DNA of 64,000 nucleotides from Nitrospirota bacterium (GCA_040754455.1 JBFMCP010000011.1:11463-75462); one strand, 5' to 3'; shown: positions 1 through 11,172, numbered from the stretch's first letter. Translations and numbers: made by a program. Notes: generated from the sequence alone by a model not told the origin.

Positions 1-274
1 AATATAGCGAGGCATGATGATCACTGTGTGCAGGTGCTGTGCAATGCCCTGAGGATTTCGAGAGCGCTTAGGAAGCGGATATTCTTCAGCGGCAACTACG
101 TAAAAAACCTTGGCACTGTTTTGGACGGTACACACTATTACGGCGCTATTGAATTTTTAGAACGATAGATTGCGGCAGGCGGGGTAACAACAACCTAAGC
201 TTCATGGTGAAGCAACAAAGATAGAGGCTTCGGAGATCGCCCCCACAGATCTTCGGAGGAGAAAGGAGCCGACC

Positions 275-1705
275 TTGAGAACATCATTCGATCTCTACGA
301 AGAAGATTTCGACGAACAGGACACCGTAGCCAATGACGCATCATTTGAACAGGAGCATAATTATCTGAGGATGTACCTGAGGGAAATAAGCATGATCCCC
401 CTGCTCACCAAGGAGAAGGAGGTAAAGCTCGCACAGCAGATAGAGGAGTGCACGGCAAAGATATCCGAAATGCTCTTTACCGTCCCTTTTGTGCTTGATA
501 AGGTGATAGAGCTCGGGGAGAAGGTGGAAAGGGGAGAGGTTCCTTTGGCCGATGTGGTGCAGGACGGCGACGACCTGTCCGATAACGATCTGCGTATTCG
601 TATAAAAAAGTTTATCGAGACCGTCAGAGCGCTCCGTATTCTCGCACGAAAGAGAAAGGATTTCCTAAAGAGAGTTGCCGGCGACCAGAGGAGAGCGGCA
701 TCCTCCAGCATGACGACGGTAATGAAAGCGCTGCAGACCAATAAGATCCAGATTGTGCAGAAAGTCAAGGCGTTGCAGTTAAGGGACAGTGTCATCACTA
801 CCCTTTTGCGTGAGCTCAAAGCAATAAACGGTCATCTGAAAGTGCTGGGCGGCAGCGGAGCTGCGACAGGCGTCTGCACCGCGTCCCCTTCGAGCAAAGC
901 ACTAAAGAAAGAGATAAGGGACCTAGAATGCCGCATCGGCATCGACACCGAGAGGTTCGCGGCACTCGTTGAGGAACTGGAGCAGATTGAGAGGGAGATC
1001 AGCACGGCAAAGGAGCAGATGATCGAAGCGAACCTGAGGCTGGTGGTGAGCGTCGCCAAGCGCTACATCGGTAAGGGATTGAGCATGGAGGACCTTATCC
1101 AGGAAGGAAACATCGGGCTTATGAATGCCGTCGAGCGCTTCGAGTACCGGAGGGGATATAAATTCAGCACCTATGCAACCTGGTGGATACGCCAGGCGAT
1201 CAGCAGGGCACTCTATAATCATGCGAGAATTATACGGATTCCTGTGCATATGATCGATTACATGGGCAAGGTCACCAGGGCCACCGGCGAGCTCATCCGC
1301 GAAAACGGTTATGAGCCCACCGCTGAAGAGATTGCCGAACGTGCCCGTCTCTCTGTCGAAAAGGTGAGGAACGTACAGCAGATCGCGAAAGACCCGGTGT
1401 CGATTGAGAGCGCCGTCGGTGAAGATCATGACTCGATGCTGAAAGATTTCATTGAGGACCATTATACTCCCTCACCGCTCGATGCGGCGATCACGGAGGA
1501 TCTGAAAAAGCATATCGACAAGGTTCTCTCGCACCTCTCCCCGAAGGAGGAGATGGTTATCAGGGAACGCTTCGGCATCGGCAAAGACACCCATGCAACC
1601 CTGGAAGAGATCGGCGGCGAAATCGATGTCACCCGCGAGCGCGTCAGGCAGCTACAGGTACGGGCGATGCGGAAGTTGAGAGGACCACTCATGGCGGTAC
1701 TGTAG
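275..1705 (+). CDS. RpoD/SigA-family sigma-70 factor (likely paralog; no obvious region 1.1)
   Basis: Region 1.2 [13 protein letters not shown], region 2 [14 protein letters not shown]...[37 protein letters not shown], region 4 TLEEIG...[11 protein letters not shown] start after AAGGAG. Confidence 0.9.
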   Translation: MRTSFDLYEEDFDEQDTVANDASFEQEHNYLRMYLREISMIPLLTKEKEVKLAQQIEECTAKISEMLFTVPFVLDKVIELGEKVERGEVPLADVVQDGDDLSDNDLRIRIKKFIETVRALRILARKRKDFLKRVAGDQRRAASSSMTTVMKALQTNKIQIVQKVKALQLRDSVITTLLRELKAINGHLKVLGGSGAATGVCTASPSSKALKKEIRDLECRIGIDTERFAALVEELEQIEREISTAKEQMIEANLRLVVSVAKRYIGKGLSMEDLIQEGNIGLMNAVERFEYRRGYKFSTYATWWIRQAISRALYNHARIIRIPVHMIDYMGKVTRATGELIRENGYEPTAEEIAERARLSVEKVRNVQQIAKDPVSIESAVGEDHDSMLKDFIEDHYTPSPLDAAITEDLKKHIDKVLSHLSPKEEMVIRERFGIGKDTHATLEEIGGEIDVTRERVRQLQVRAMRKLRGPLMAVL

Positions 1706-1712
1706 AAGCGCC

Positions 1713-1802
1713 GAGTTTCGGCTTTCAAGTTTCGAGTTAAGGGCAAAAGAATATGTGCGGAACATTGTATTCTTGACCCCGAGACTCGAAACTTGAAACT
1801 CG
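1713..1802. repeat. Palindromic heptamer tandem-repeat element
   Basis: Left arm GAGTTTC GGCTTTC AAGTTTC GAGTT; right arm GAGACTC GAAACTT GAAACTC (reverse-complement units). Confidence 0.75.
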
Positions 1803-2132
1803 CTCTTCTCATCTACATGCCTGTTCTACATACCTATTTTCTTGACCCACCCTTCGAGATGCGGTAGCATTTAAGTAGAGGTACTCCTGAGATGATGCTC
1901 CCGTATGAGCAGTGTTCCATCTCCTTGTAGGGAATGGTTGTCCGGACAGCCCGATCGAACACAAGACGGTAACCCTTACATACGGCTCGTCAGGTCAGAG
2001 AGAGGGCAAGACCATTATCAGCATTCCACCTGCATGCAGAACTGCATCTCCTTCCGACTCTCATTATCACTGTTGTCGCAGTCCTGGACATTCCCAGTAA
2101 CAACGCCAGCCGCTCGCAAAGGAGGAATATAC

Positions 2133-2969
2133 ATGGCAGACCTCAGGACACCATGGGACGCGGGTCCCTATCGTGAGGAGGAAGCACTGAAACTGAGGAA
2201 CATCGGTTCGCTTGGTGACTACGAAGTCGGCTCCGTCGATGGCCCGACCGGTACGATCCGTGAATGCCTCTTTGATGACGAGATATGGGCAGTCAGGTTC
2301 ATTGTCCTTGATGCCGGCGATTGGCTGCCGGGACGAAAGATTCTTATATCCCCGCTCAGCATCGACGAGCCGGAATGGGATGGCCAGCGGCTCCCTGTTC
2401 CGCTCACCAGGGCGCAGCTCATGAGAGGTCCTACGCTAGGGGTGGATGATCCCGTTTCCCGTCTGCACCAGATCGACCTCTATGCCTATTACGGGTGGCC
2501 GCCCTACTGGATTGAGGAGGAGTATTACGAGATTCCGCCGCACCCCTCGAACATCATGTCAGGGTTGAGCCAGGAGCAGGAGAAGGCAAGGGACCCTCAC
2601 CTCTTCAGCACCCATGATACGATCGAGTATCGCATCGAGGCGCTTGATGGTGATATAGGGTATGTTACCGATTTCATTTTCGATGAAGACGATTGGGTGA
2701 TCTACTATTTCGTCGTCGATATCACCGAGAACGAGCACAGCAGGAGTGTGCTCATCTCCACCGAATGGATTCAGAGGATTGTCCTTGATGAGGAGCGGGT
2801 GTATGTCGAGCTCGACAGGGAAACGGTGAGAAGCAGCCCCGAGTATGATCCCGCTGTTCCCATTACCCGTGAATACGAACTCGAGCTTTACGATCACTAC
2901 GGACGTCCGCGCTACTGGGAGCAGGGAGGAGATACCGAGGATGAGGAAGATACGCGTTTCTCAAGCTGA
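2133..2969 (+). CDS. Tandem PRC-barrel domain protein
   Basis: Two repeats of DG.(I/T)G.(I/V)...FD...W.(V/I).(Y/F).V.D.....KILISP, each followed by LY..YG.P.YW. ATG at 2133 follows GGAGG; the ORF-track start at 1905 is likely too long. Confidence 0.85.
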   Translation: MADLRTPWDAGPYREEEALKLRNIGSLGDYEVGSVDGPTGTIRECLFDDEIWAVRFIVLDAGDWLPGRKILISPLSIDEPEWDGQRLPVPLTRAQLMRGPTLGVDDPVSRLHQIDLYAYYGWPPYWIEEEYYEIPPHPSNIMSGLSQEQEKARDPHLFSTHDTIEYRIEALDGDIGYVTDFIFDEDDWVIYYFVVDITENEHSRSVLISTEWIQRIVLDEERVYVELDRETVRSSPEYDPAVPITREYELELYDHYGRPRYWEQGGDTEDEEDTRFSS

Positions 2970-3002
2970 GCGTATTCGCAATGAGTATGATCCTCTGATC
3001 CC

Positions 3003-3233
3003 TCATGTGTCCCGGCGGTCATCCGCTCCTTGTATAACGCTCTCGGCGAGTGCCTTGTCAGATGCTCTGACGAGGATTTTGATTTCTCCCATTTTACCGA
3101 TGGTGACCGGGTAGGGGCTTACCTTCGAGGAGCGCAGCACCACCGGGACATCGCCGCTCTCGAGGAGGTCCTTTATCATTTCCGCCTCGAGAGGATCAGA
3201 GGTGACAAAAACTTCAACCCACTTTTCGCTCAC
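3003..3233 (-). CDS. DUF2007 / putative signal-transducing small protein
   Basis: W..VF......EAEMIK.LLES.....V pattern; GTG start overlaps the transaldolase stop. Confidence 0.75.
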   Translation of the reverse strand: MSEKWVEVFVTSDPLEAEMIKDLLESGDVPVVLRSSKVSPYPVTIGKMGEIKILVRASDKALAESVIQGADDRRDT

Positions 3234-3877
3234 TTCGCCTTCACTTTTTCCCAATCCTTGAGAAATTTCTCGATGCCGATATCAGTGAGCGGATGCTTGA
3301 TGAGCTGGGTAATGACGCTGTAGGGTATCGTGGCGATATGGGCGCCGATCTTCGCCGCATCAACCACATGCAGGGGATTCCTGATACTAGCGACAATGAT
3401 CTCGGTGTTGAACATATAGTTCTCGAAAATAATCTGGATATCCTCGATGATGTCCATACCGATATGGCTTATATCATCAAGCCTGCCGACAAAGGGGCTG
3501 ACATAGGTTGCGCCTGCCTTGGCGGCAAGCAATGCCTGGCTGGATGAAAAAATGAGCGTCACATTCGTCTTGATGCCCGCCGAGGAGAGCCGCTTCACCG
3601 CTCTGAGCCCGTCCTCGGTCATGGGGATCTTGATCACGATATTCTTGTGGATCTTCGCCAGCTCTTCGGCCTCCCTGACCATCTCCTCGGTCCTCAGCCC
3701 GATCACCTCTGCGCTGATGGGGCCGTCGACAATACCGCAGATCTCTTTCAGCAGACTCGTCGGGTCCTTTTTTTCCTTCGAAATGAGCGAGGGGTTCGTC
3801 GTGACGCCGTCGATGACGCCGACCTCCCAGGCCTTTTTGATCTCTTCCACATTGGCGGTGTCGATAAAAAACTTCAT
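3230..3877 (-). CDS. tal: Transaldolase / fructose-6-phosphate aldolase (small TalC/Fsa type)
   Basis: [22 protein letters not shown] (Schiff-base Lys), [18 protein letters not shown]. Confidence 0.93.
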   Translation of the reverse strand: MKFFIDTANVEEIKKAWEVGVIDGVTTNPSLISKEKKDPTSLLKEICGIVDGPISAEVIGLRTEEMVREAEELAKIHKNIVIKIPMTEDGLRAVKRLSSAGIKTNVTLIFSSSQALLAAKAGATYVSPFVGRLDDISHIGMDIIEDIQIIFENYMFNTEIIVASIRNPLHVVDAAKIGAHIATIPYSVITQLIKHPLTDIGIEKFLKDWEKVKAK

Positions 3878-4629
3878 TGCTGCTCCTTATCCTCCTCTAT
3901 CGCTGATAAAATGTAGTCATCTCCTTCTTTGACGACCTTGAAGCCGAAGGCGTTTATGGTCTCTAACAGCGGCTTCCCGAGCACCAGGCTCATGGCCGGG
4001 GCAGGGACATTGAACTTCTCCTCGAGAAAAGGTCGCAAGTAGGTATCGAACTGGAGGGCATCCATGATCTCTTCGACAGCGGCCTCATCGCCCCCGGCAA
4101 GCCGCTCAAAAGCCCCGGAGAGCCTTTTATATGAGCACTTTTCCTCATGCCGCCTGATCGCATCGATCAGCACGTCAACAGACCTGAAGAGGTCTGCTCT
4201 CTTCAGCGATCCCTCTTCGAGCCCATCATAGAGATTTTTCTTGGTCCAGCACTCATATGTCCTGCATTGTGCAGGCCGGTGCTCATAGATGCTGCACCCT
4301 TCCTCGCCCTTATAGAAAAGACATCCGGCTTTCTCTCCCTCTTTCAACTTTATAAGTTCAGTAAAGGATTCATAGATCTGACCGTCCTCGCGGGAAGGCA
4401 CCAGCTCACCGTCCCGTATGGTAGAGACGGCATCATACGACAGTATGCCCGATGTAAAGAGGGCCATATCCTCCTTCATTAATGAAGGAGAGCTTCCCAT
4501 GCAGCATTTGCCACAGCGTATGCAGTGGGTCCTCTTCTGGAGCTGCATTTTCTGGGGCGTATCGCCCTGCTCCAGTCCCTGGGGGGTAAGTATGTTCAAT
4601 CGTTGATCCACAGCTTTTTTCTTTTTCAT
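3874..4629 (-). CDS. YkgJ-family Zn/Fe-chelating cysteine-cluster protein
   Basis: CIRCGKCC ... CLFY....[16 protein letters not shown]. Confidence 0.85.
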   Translation of the reverse strand: MKKKKAVDQRLNILTPQGLEQGDTPQKMQLQKRTHCIRCGKCCMGSSPSLMKEDMALFTSGILSYDAVSTIRDGELVPSREDGQIYESFTELIKLKEGEKAGCLFYKGEEGCSIYEHRPAQCRTYECWTKKNLYDGLEEGSLKRADLFRSVDVLIDAIRRHEEKCSYKRLSGAFERLAGGDEAAVEEIMDALQFDTYLRPFLEEKFNVPAPAMSLVLGKPLLETINAFGFKVVKEGDDYILSAIEEDKEQQ

Positions 4630-5852
4630 GGCCTCTCTCCCGTAACCGCCTCGTCGATAACCTCGACGAGGTGTCGTATCTTTCTGTCGTTTATTCTGCT
4701 CTTCAGTTGGAGTATGCAGTTGGGGCAGGAGGTGACGATCATGTCCGCCTCCCTGTAAACGTCAGCCCGCTTCTCGAGCATGCTCTCGGAAAGGTTCTGA
4801 TATAATACCCGAAACGTGCCGCCAAATCCACAGCAGCCCTGTTCCGTATCGAGGAGATCGAACCCCAGAGCAGTGAGCATCTGCCGCGGCTCGTGTTTTA
4901 CCTTGAGGTGGTACGAGGAGTGGCAGGGATCATGATAGGCGACACGGAGCGCCTTCTGCACTCGCACTCTGCCGTTCATCAGTTCCGGCAGACGGCTGCC
5001 GAGGAACTGAGAGACATCCATGGCATTCTCCATACCGGCCCCCGCAAGCTTCTTATATTCAAGCTTTATATAATGAACGCAGGTCGGACAGAGCCCGACA
5101 ATCGCCTCGACATTCATCCTTTGGAATATAGTAAGATTCCGCTCCGCCAGTTGAGCGGCATCTTCTTCAAGACCCAGCCCTCTCAGCGGCGCACCGCAGC
5201 AGACTTCGCCTTTCGGCAGAACCACATCATAGCTCATCGCATTGAGCGTGCCGATCAATGACCTCCCTATGTGGGGATAGAGGAAATTCGCCGTACAGCC
5301 ACCGAACACCGCTACTCTCCCCCGCGGTTTAGCTACCCTGAAGAGTGCCCCCTCTTCCCGCAAAGAGGTATCAGGAATATTAATATTGAAATCGTTCAAC
5401 AGGCGGAAGGGCCGGAGCTTCCGGACCGGCAGGATCTCCCCGGTTACTTCAAGCAGTTTCAGCAGCTTAAAGCCGAATGATGCCTTCTTGAAGAGTACCT
5501 GTGCGCCATGACTCAGCAGCCTTCTCCTTCTGTCAAACGTTCTCAGCACTCTTCTTCCCTCATAGATCGCATCGGTTACCGAAATGCCGAGCGGACAGTG
5601 ACTGTTGCAGGCACCGCAGAGGATGCAGCTGAAAACCCTTTCGTCGAGGAGTTCCGAAGGTTCCAGCGTACCTTCCATGAACTGTTTGAGCAGCATCATC
5701 CGCCCCCGGGCGCTCATGCCTTCAGAGGCCTCTTCGCCATAGGTCGGACAAAACGCCTTGCAGCTTCCGCAGCGCACACACGTTTCCGCCATTTCAGCAA
5801 TGCGTTTCCTCGCGGAAACGTTCCGGATGTCTTCCATGTTACTCTTCATCAA
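4626..5852 (-). CDS. Fe-S oxidoreductase, GlcF-like (2x[4Fe-4S] plus two CCG domains)
   Basis: CVRCGSCKAFCP, CILCGACNSHCP, CCGAP, YHDPCH, CCGFGG, TSCPNC. Start could be 5837. Confidence 0.85.
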   Translation of the reverse strand: MMKSNMEDIRNVSARKRIAEMAETCVRCGSCKAFCPTYGEEASEGMSARGRMMLLKQFMEGTLEPSELLDERVFSCILCGACNSHCPLGISVTDAIYEGRRVLRTFDRRRRLLSHGAQVLFKKASFGFKLLKLLEVTGEILPVRKLRPFRLLNDFNINIPDTSLREEGALFRVAKPRGRVAVFGGCTANFLYPHIGRSLIGTLNAMSYDVVLPKGEVCCGAPLRGLGLEEDAAQLAERNLTIFQRMNVEAIVGLCPTCVHYIKLEYKKLAGAGMENAMDVSQFLGSRLPELMNGRVRVQKALRVAYHDPCHSSYHLKVKHEPRQMLTALGFDLLDTEQGCCGFGGTFRVLYQNLSESMLEKRADVYREADMIVTSCPNCILQLKSRINDRKIRHLVEVIDEAVTGERP

Positions 5853-6221
5853 TGGTTTTATACGCCTTTCGGAAGGTGTCCGACAGGGAAGGCATGAAAA
5901 GCCTTGCTTCGCTGTTTGTTGGCGCTATCATTGTTACTATTCAAGAACACACGTTATTCAGACAGGAATGGGTGCGGAAAAAAGCTTTATAGCGCCTCCT
6001 TAGATTCCACCAAGGCCTCACATCCTTAATAACAATTTTTCTAAACGATGAGTAATGCATATCTAGTCATAATAAATTGCGCATAAGAAAGCTTCTTGGA
6101 GTACCCGTTCCTGCCTGCTCCGCGTATGTCCTGTATTCATTACAAAAATACAATCTGCACACAACGTAATTGTTTATTTTAGCATTTTAGCAGTTACCCG
6201 GTATAGGGCGGGACAGACTAC

Positions 6222-7010
6222 TTACCTGTTGAGTTTGCCGCTTGAAAATCCTTCGAGATCAAGGCTGACATACTTGAAGCCGAACTCCCTGAACGCTTTC
6301 ACTACCCCCTCTCTCAAGTCTCTATCAACAAAGCGCTCAATTTCTTCGGCCGGGACTTCGATCCTCGCTGTATCATGGGAGCATCTGACCCTGAGCTCGC
6401 TGAACCCGAGCTCCTTAAGGAATGCTTCGGCCCGCGCGACGCGTCTGAGAGCGTCTCTGGTAATTTCCACGCCGTAGGGAAACCGGGAAGAGAGGCAAGG
6501 AGAGGCGGGTTTGGACCATGTCGGCAGTCCCGCGGCCTTTGACAATGCCCTTATTTCCTCTTTTGAGAGCTCCGCCTCGATGAGAGGACTCCTCACCCTA
6601 TGCTTCTGTGCCGCCTTTCTGCCGGGACGCCAATCAGCGCAATCGTCGGCATTGCTGCCGTCGACCACGTGCCGATACCCCTCGGTAGCCGCAATTTGCC
6701 CGAGCTTGGCGAAAAGCTCGTCCTTGCAGTAGAAGCACCGTTCTTTAGGATTGCGGACAAAATCGGGATTCTCAAGCTCATCCGTCATAATGATCCGGTG
6801 AGGAGCAGCAAGGGTTGCCGCCATTGCTGCCGCTGACTTCAGGTCCTCTTGAGGCATCGTCTCGGAAACGGCGGTAACGGCAATAAAGCGGATTCCCGAT
6901 TCCTTGAGCGCCTTCAATAAGAAAGTGCTGTCCACGCCTCCCGAAAAGGCAAGAACAGCGGATTGCATATCGTTAAGGATAGAGAGGAGCTTTTGATACT
7001 TATCGGTCAT
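6222..7010 (-). CDS. larE: LarE-family ATP-dependent sulfur transferase (PP-loop)
   Basis: AFSGGVDS PP-loop, RCFYCK, DGSNADD...RPG, SPCLSSRFPYG, DLEGF.SG.LN C-terminus. Confidence 0.9.
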   Translation of the reverse strand: MTDKYQKLLSILNDMQSAVLAFSGGVDSTFLLKALKESGIRFIAVTAVSETMPQEDLKSAAAMAATLAAPHRIIMTDELENPDFVRNPKERCFYCKDELFAKLGQIAATEGYRHVVDGSNADDCADWRPGRKAAQKHRVRSPLIEAELSKEEIRALSKAAGLPTWSKPASPCLSSRFPYGVEITRDALRRVARAEAFLKELGFSELRVRCSHDTARIEVPAEEIERFVDRDLREGVVKAFREFGFKYVSLDLEGFSSGKLNR

Positions 7011-7039
7011 GATCAGAGAACAGATTAGAATGAATTTTA

Positions 7040-7077
7040 TCTGTCTTCTGTATTCTGTCTTCTGACTTCTGGCTTCT
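7040..7077. repeat. Heptamer tandem repeat (TCTGnnT)x5
   Basis: TCTGTCT TCTGTAT TCTGTCT TCTGACT TCTGGCT between rng and larE. Confidence 0.75.
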
Positions 7078-8590
7078 AAAGTACCGTGATCTCATAATTT
7101 TCCTGGTGGAAACGCATGTCCTCTTTTATGATGAGCTGGATGCCGTAGGTATGCTCAATCTCCTCGATGCCCTGCCGCTCCTCATAGGAGAGGAGCTCGG
7201 CAACAGAGGGGTGTGCCTTGATCATCGCCATCGAGCCACTGATGAGGTTCATCTTTTTGAGCTTCCTGAATATCTCATAGGCCACCGTCCTCGTTGATTT
7301 AATGAACCCTTTCCCCTCGCAATAAGGGCACTGTTCGCACAGGACCCGGCCGAGGCTCTCGCGCACGCGCTTCCTTGTCATTTGTATGATGCCCAGCTCG
7401 GAGATATTGTAGATCGTATTCTTGGCCCGGTCTTTCTTCATCGCATCGACAAAGGCCTTGAAGACCTTTTCACGGTTTTCGATCTTTTCCATGTCGATGA
7501 AGTCGATCACAATGATGCCCCCCAGATTGCGCAGACGTATCTGGTAGGCTATCTCCTTCACCGCCTCGAGGTTGGTCTTCAGGATGGTATCTTCGAGGTT
7601 CTCTTTGCCGACAAACTTTCCTGTGTTCACATCAATGACGGTCATGGCCTCGGTCTGGTCGATGACAATATACCCGCCGGATTTGAGCCATACCTTTCTT
7701 CCCAGCGCCCGCGAGATGTCGAGCTCGATGCCAAAGGCATCGAAGAGCGGCTCTCTCCCCTCGTAGAGCTCGATCCGCTCGATAAGTTTGGGGAAATAGC
7801 TCTTTGCGAACTCCTTCAATCGCTCGTACTCTTCGGGAGAGTCGATCACCAGCCGCTCCACCTCCTGGCTCATGAAATCCCTTACGCTCCTGGATACCAG
7901 ATCGAGGTCGCTGTAGAGCAACGCAGGGGCAGAGACCCTGTCCTTTTTCTGCTGGATGTTCTCCCAGAGAAGCAGGAGGAATTCGAGGTCCCGCTCCACC
8001 TCCTCGCGGGTAGCATCCTCACAGGCGGTACGCATAATCAGTCCGAATCCCTTCGGCCTGACTTCTGATGCGATCGTCTTCAGACGGGTACGGGTCTCTT
8101 CATCCTCGATCCTGCGCGAGATGCCGACGTGTTCGACATTGGGCATGAGTACGACATACCTGCCGGGCAGCGTAATATACGAGGTGACCCGCGCTCCCTT
8201 TGTGCCGATAGAATCCTTCGATACCTGCACAATAATATCCTGGCCCTCCTGGATCAGCTCCTCGATAGGAACCGACTCCTCCACATGATCGCCCCTCGTA
8301 TAGGACTCGGGCATCTCTATCTCTGCATCGAGGAAAGCGGCATAGTAATCGTCGATCTCCCGCATGATATCGGCAACATAGAGGAACGCGGCCTTCTCAA
8401 GTCCGATGTCGAGAAAAGAGGACTGCATGCCCGGCAATATCTTCAGCACCTTCCCTTTATAGATGTTGCCGACGAGGCTGGTGTCCCGTTTCCGTTCAAT
8501 GTATAACTCGACAACCTGTCCGCCCTCCAGCAGCGCAACCCTGCTCTCTTCACGTGTGACATTAATGACCAGTTCGCTCGTCATGACCAT
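7076..8590 (-). CDS. rng: Ribonuclease G (Rne/Rng family)
   Basis: GNIYKGKV..ILPGMQSSF.DIG, IIVQVSKD..GTKGAR, IDVNTG, LRNLGGIIVIDFIDM, CPYCEG. 504 aa with no long C-terminal tail. Confidence 0.92.
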   Translation of the reverse strand: MVMTSELVINVTREESRVALLEGGQVVELYIERKRDTSLVGNIYKGKVLKILPGMQSSFLDIGLEKAAFLYVADIMREIDDYYAAFLDAEIEMPESYTRGDHVEESVPIEELIQEGQDIIVQVSKDSIGTKGARVTSYITLPGRYVVLMPNVEHVGISRRIEDEETRTRLKTIASEVRPKGFGLIMRTACEDATREEVERDLEFLLLLWENIQQKKDRVSAPALLYSDLDLVSRSVRDFMSQEVERLVIDSPEEYERLKEFAKSYFPKLIERIELYEGREPLFDAFGIELDISRALGRKVWLKSGGYIVIDQTEAMTVIDVNTGKFVGKENLEDTILKTNLEAVKEIAYQIRLRNLGGIIVIDFIDMEKIENREKVFKAFVDAMKKDRAKNTIYNISELGIIQMTRKRVRESLGRVLCEQCPYCEGKGFIKSTRTVAYEIFRKLKKMNLISGSMAMIKAHPSVAELLSYEERQGIEEIEHTYGIQLIIKEDMRFHQENYEITVL

Positions 8591-8643
8591 CTCTCCGAAA
8601 AAATCTTTATTTTAATTCTGAATTTCCGATTTTTAATTTGCAA

Positions 8644-11172
8644 TCACAGCGGTTCGACCCAGCCGTTGTTCCAGCCGTAGACAGCGGTTCTCGTGACCTC
8701 AAGCTCTTTCATGCTGATGCCGGTCAAGGCCTCAATGGTTTCGGCGATGCGCACGTTCATCGTATCACGGTCCCGGACAACCAGCTCGAGAGAGAACTCC
8801 GCGCCTCCTCCAGCCGGTGCTTCCCGTATGTCGACCTGCTCGATGCAGGGTGCTATGTCAATCTCGTTGCCGTCACGCAGCACCGGCAGCGTCCGTTCGG
8901 ACGAGCACATGAACCGATGCAGCTTTGTATCCGCTGCGCGCACCAGCCTGTTCAACGGCTCGCCTTTTACCCGATAAGCATACCTGCATATGAAACTGCT
9001 TAACGAAGGTGCATTCACCGGGATTACGGACATCTTATGAATAGCGATGTCAGGGGGCAAGGTGCCGGCAAGCTCCCTGTTATAAAATTCTATATCAAAG
9101 GGCGTGAAAACCTCCATATCAAACCACTCCCGTTCTCCTGAAATGCCGACGCTCAGGGGAGGACCGAAAGAGACCTTTGGCGCCGGATGAAACCCCTTCG
9201 AGAAATCGAAGGGGACCCCTGCCCGGCGCAACCCCCTGACCATGGCAGTCACCACTTCGAGATGCGAGAGATACCGCAAAGCGCCGGTCTTTGAGAACCG
9301 GACCCTGACCCTTACTTTTGGAGCCGGAGAATCGGGGGTTCGGTGAATGGGTGAATGGGTGAATCGGTGAATAGGCGAGACTGGATTTGTTTCCTTGCAC
9401 TTTAATCCGCAGGCAGTACAGGTGTTCAGACAGCTAGGAGTCATCTCTTCCGAAAGCGCCCGCTCATACTCTTTCTGCAGGAACGCCTTTTTCACCCCGA
9501 TATTGATATTTTCCCAGGGTAACGGTTCATTGATGTCGAAACGCCGCTCTGCATACGCAGCTCCATCGATGCCTGTGGCGTCCATTGCCCGCAGCCATTT
9601 GTCGAAATCGAACACCTCTGACCACCCGTCCAGCCTGCAGCCTGCCTCCCATGCTTTTTCGATGAGCACGGACAGACGCCCGTCCCCCCGCGCAAACACC
9701 GCCTCGAGAAAGCTCGTCCGTTCATCATGCCCCTTGTACTTGAACTTCTTGCCGCTGAGCGTCTCCTTCAGATACTTCGACTTTCGCCGTATCTCGTCCA
9801 GGCTGATCTGTCCGCACCACTGAAACGGCGTGTGAGGCTTGGGTACAAAGGGAGAGATGGTCGTGCTGATATTGACGAACTTATTGGTATGCCGCTTCGC
9901 AATTTTCAATGCACGGGTTATCATCTCGCTGATGGCATCAATGTCCTCATCGCGCTCGGTCGGGAGGCCGATCATGAAGTAGAGCTTGAGCGTAAGCCAT
10001 CCCTCCTCGAAGAGCGACCTCAACGCCCGTTCGTAATCCTCATCGCTGAAATCTTTGTTGATGACCTTTCTCAGCCGCTCGGTGGCAGCCTCGGGAGCCA
10101 TGGTGAACCCCGTCTTCCGCACCAACCGTATTTCCCTCAGCACCTCCTGGTTGATGGCGCCGACTCTCAAGGAAGGCAGGGAGAGCGCTATTTTCGAATC
10201 ATGGTAGCGCTTATTAAATGTACGGACGACCGGGAGAAGGCAGGAGTAGTCTCCGGCGCTGAGCGAGGTGAGCGACACCTCGTCATAGCCGGTATTCCTG
10301 AGCGATGCTTCGGCGATCTCGAGCACCCGCTCGGCAGAGCGCTCCCTGAGCGGCCGGTAGATCATGCCTGCCTGGCAGAACCTGCACCCCATCGTGCATC
10401 CCCGCGAGACCTCGATAGTGACCCGGTCGTGCACGATGGAAGTATACGGCACCACCGGCGCTACCGGATACGGCGCCTGGTCGAGATCGGTGATGAACTG
10501 CCTCCTTATCGTTTCCTCAGAGGTATGGACGGAAGGAACATAGAATCCCTCAACTTTTGCAATCTCCCGCAAGATCGTTTCACGCTTGTTATCTCCGGAC
10601 AACTTCCATTGCCGCACCACATCGATCAGCTGCAGTACTGCCTGCTCACCATCCCCTATGAGCAGGGCATCGAAAAAGGGAGCCATCGGCGCAGGATTGA
10701 CCGTGCAGGGCCCGCCTGCTATAACCAGCGGATGGCGTTTGCCGGAATGAAGCCGCTCCTCTGCGCGCAGGGGAATCCCCCCGAGATGGAGCATGTTTAA
10801 TACGGTGGTAAAGGAAAGTTCATACTGCAGGCTGAAGCCGACGAGATCGAACTCCCTGAGCGGCGTTCGGGTCTCGAGCGACGAAAGCAGGATGCCTTTC
10901 TCTTTCATGTATGCTTCAAGATCAATCCATGGTGAAAACACCCGTTCGGCAGCGGCATAGGGGACCGCGTTGATGATGTCGTACAGCACCCTGAGCCCCA
11001 GGTGGGACATGCCCACATCGTAAATATCAGGAAACGAGAGCGCACACCGCACCGTCCCGGGTCCGGCAGCAGATCCTTTCGGGAAAACACCTGGAGACCG
11101 GTGCCGGGAGGAAAGGGAGTTGTACTCGTTGTCTATGTAGCGACTCGGTTTTTGGAAAAAAGAAAGGTTCAC
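8644..11172 (-). CDS. B12-binding radical SAM protein (TIGR03960-like) fused to DUF2344/TIGR03936-like domain
   Basis: FPDIYDVGMSHLG, RGCTMGCRFCQAG, LYFMIGLPTE, FVPKPHTPFQW, then F.K.G.LRYLSHLE...FSKGFHPAPKVSFGPPL. Confidence 0.9.
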   Translation of the reverse strand: MNLSFFQKPSRYIDNEYNSLSSRHRSPGVFPKGSAAGPGTVRCALSFPDIYDVGMSHLGLRVLYDIINAVPYAAAERVFSPWIDLEAYMKEKGILLSSLETRTPLREFDLVGFSLQYELSFTTVLNMLHLGGIPLRAEERLHSGKRHPLVIAGGPCTVNPAPMAPFFDALLIGDGEQAVLQLIDVVRQWKLSGDNKRETILREIAKVEGFYVPSVHTSEETIRRQFITDLDQAPYPVAPVVPYTSIVHDRVTIEVSRGCTMGCRFCQAGMIYRPLRERSAERVLEIAEASLRNTGYDEVSLTSLSAGDYSCLLPVVRTFNKRYHDSKIALSLPSLRVGAINQEVLREIRLVRKTGFTMAPEAATERLRKVINKDFSDEDYERALRSLFEEGWLTLKLYFMIGLPTERDEDIDAISEMITRALKIAKRHTNKFVNISTTISPFVPKPHTPFQWCGQISLDEIRRKSKYLKETLSGKKFKYKGHDERTSFLEAVFARGDGRLSVLIEKAWEAGCRLDGWSEVFDFDKWLRAMDATGIDGAAYAERRFDINEPLPWENINIGVKKAFLQKEYERALSEEMTPSCLNTCTACGLKCKETNPVSPIHRFTHSPIHRTPDSPAPKVRVRVRFSKTGALRYLSHLEVVTAMVRGLRRAGVPFDFSKGFHPAPKVSFGPPLSVGISGEREWFDMEVFTPFDIEFYNRELAGTLPPDIAIHKMSVIPVNAPSLSSFICRYAYRVKGEPLNRLVRAADTKLHRFMCSSERTLPVLRDGNEIDIAPCIEQVDIREAPAGGGAEFSLELVVRDRDTMNVRIAETIEALTGISMKELEVTRTAVYGWNNGWVEPL
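9325..9380. repeat. Octamer tandem repeat (nGGTGAAT) within the radical SAM interdomain linker
   Basis: CGGAGAAT CGGGGGTT CGGTGAAT GGGTGAAT GGGTGAAT CGGTGAAT AGGCGAGA; encodes SPIHRFTHSPIHRTPDSP. Confidence 0.8.

Noticed and set aside
111..125. TGGCAC-containing possible sigma-54 promoter upstream of the sigma gene
   Set aside because: The -12 position reads GA rather than GC at the required spacing.
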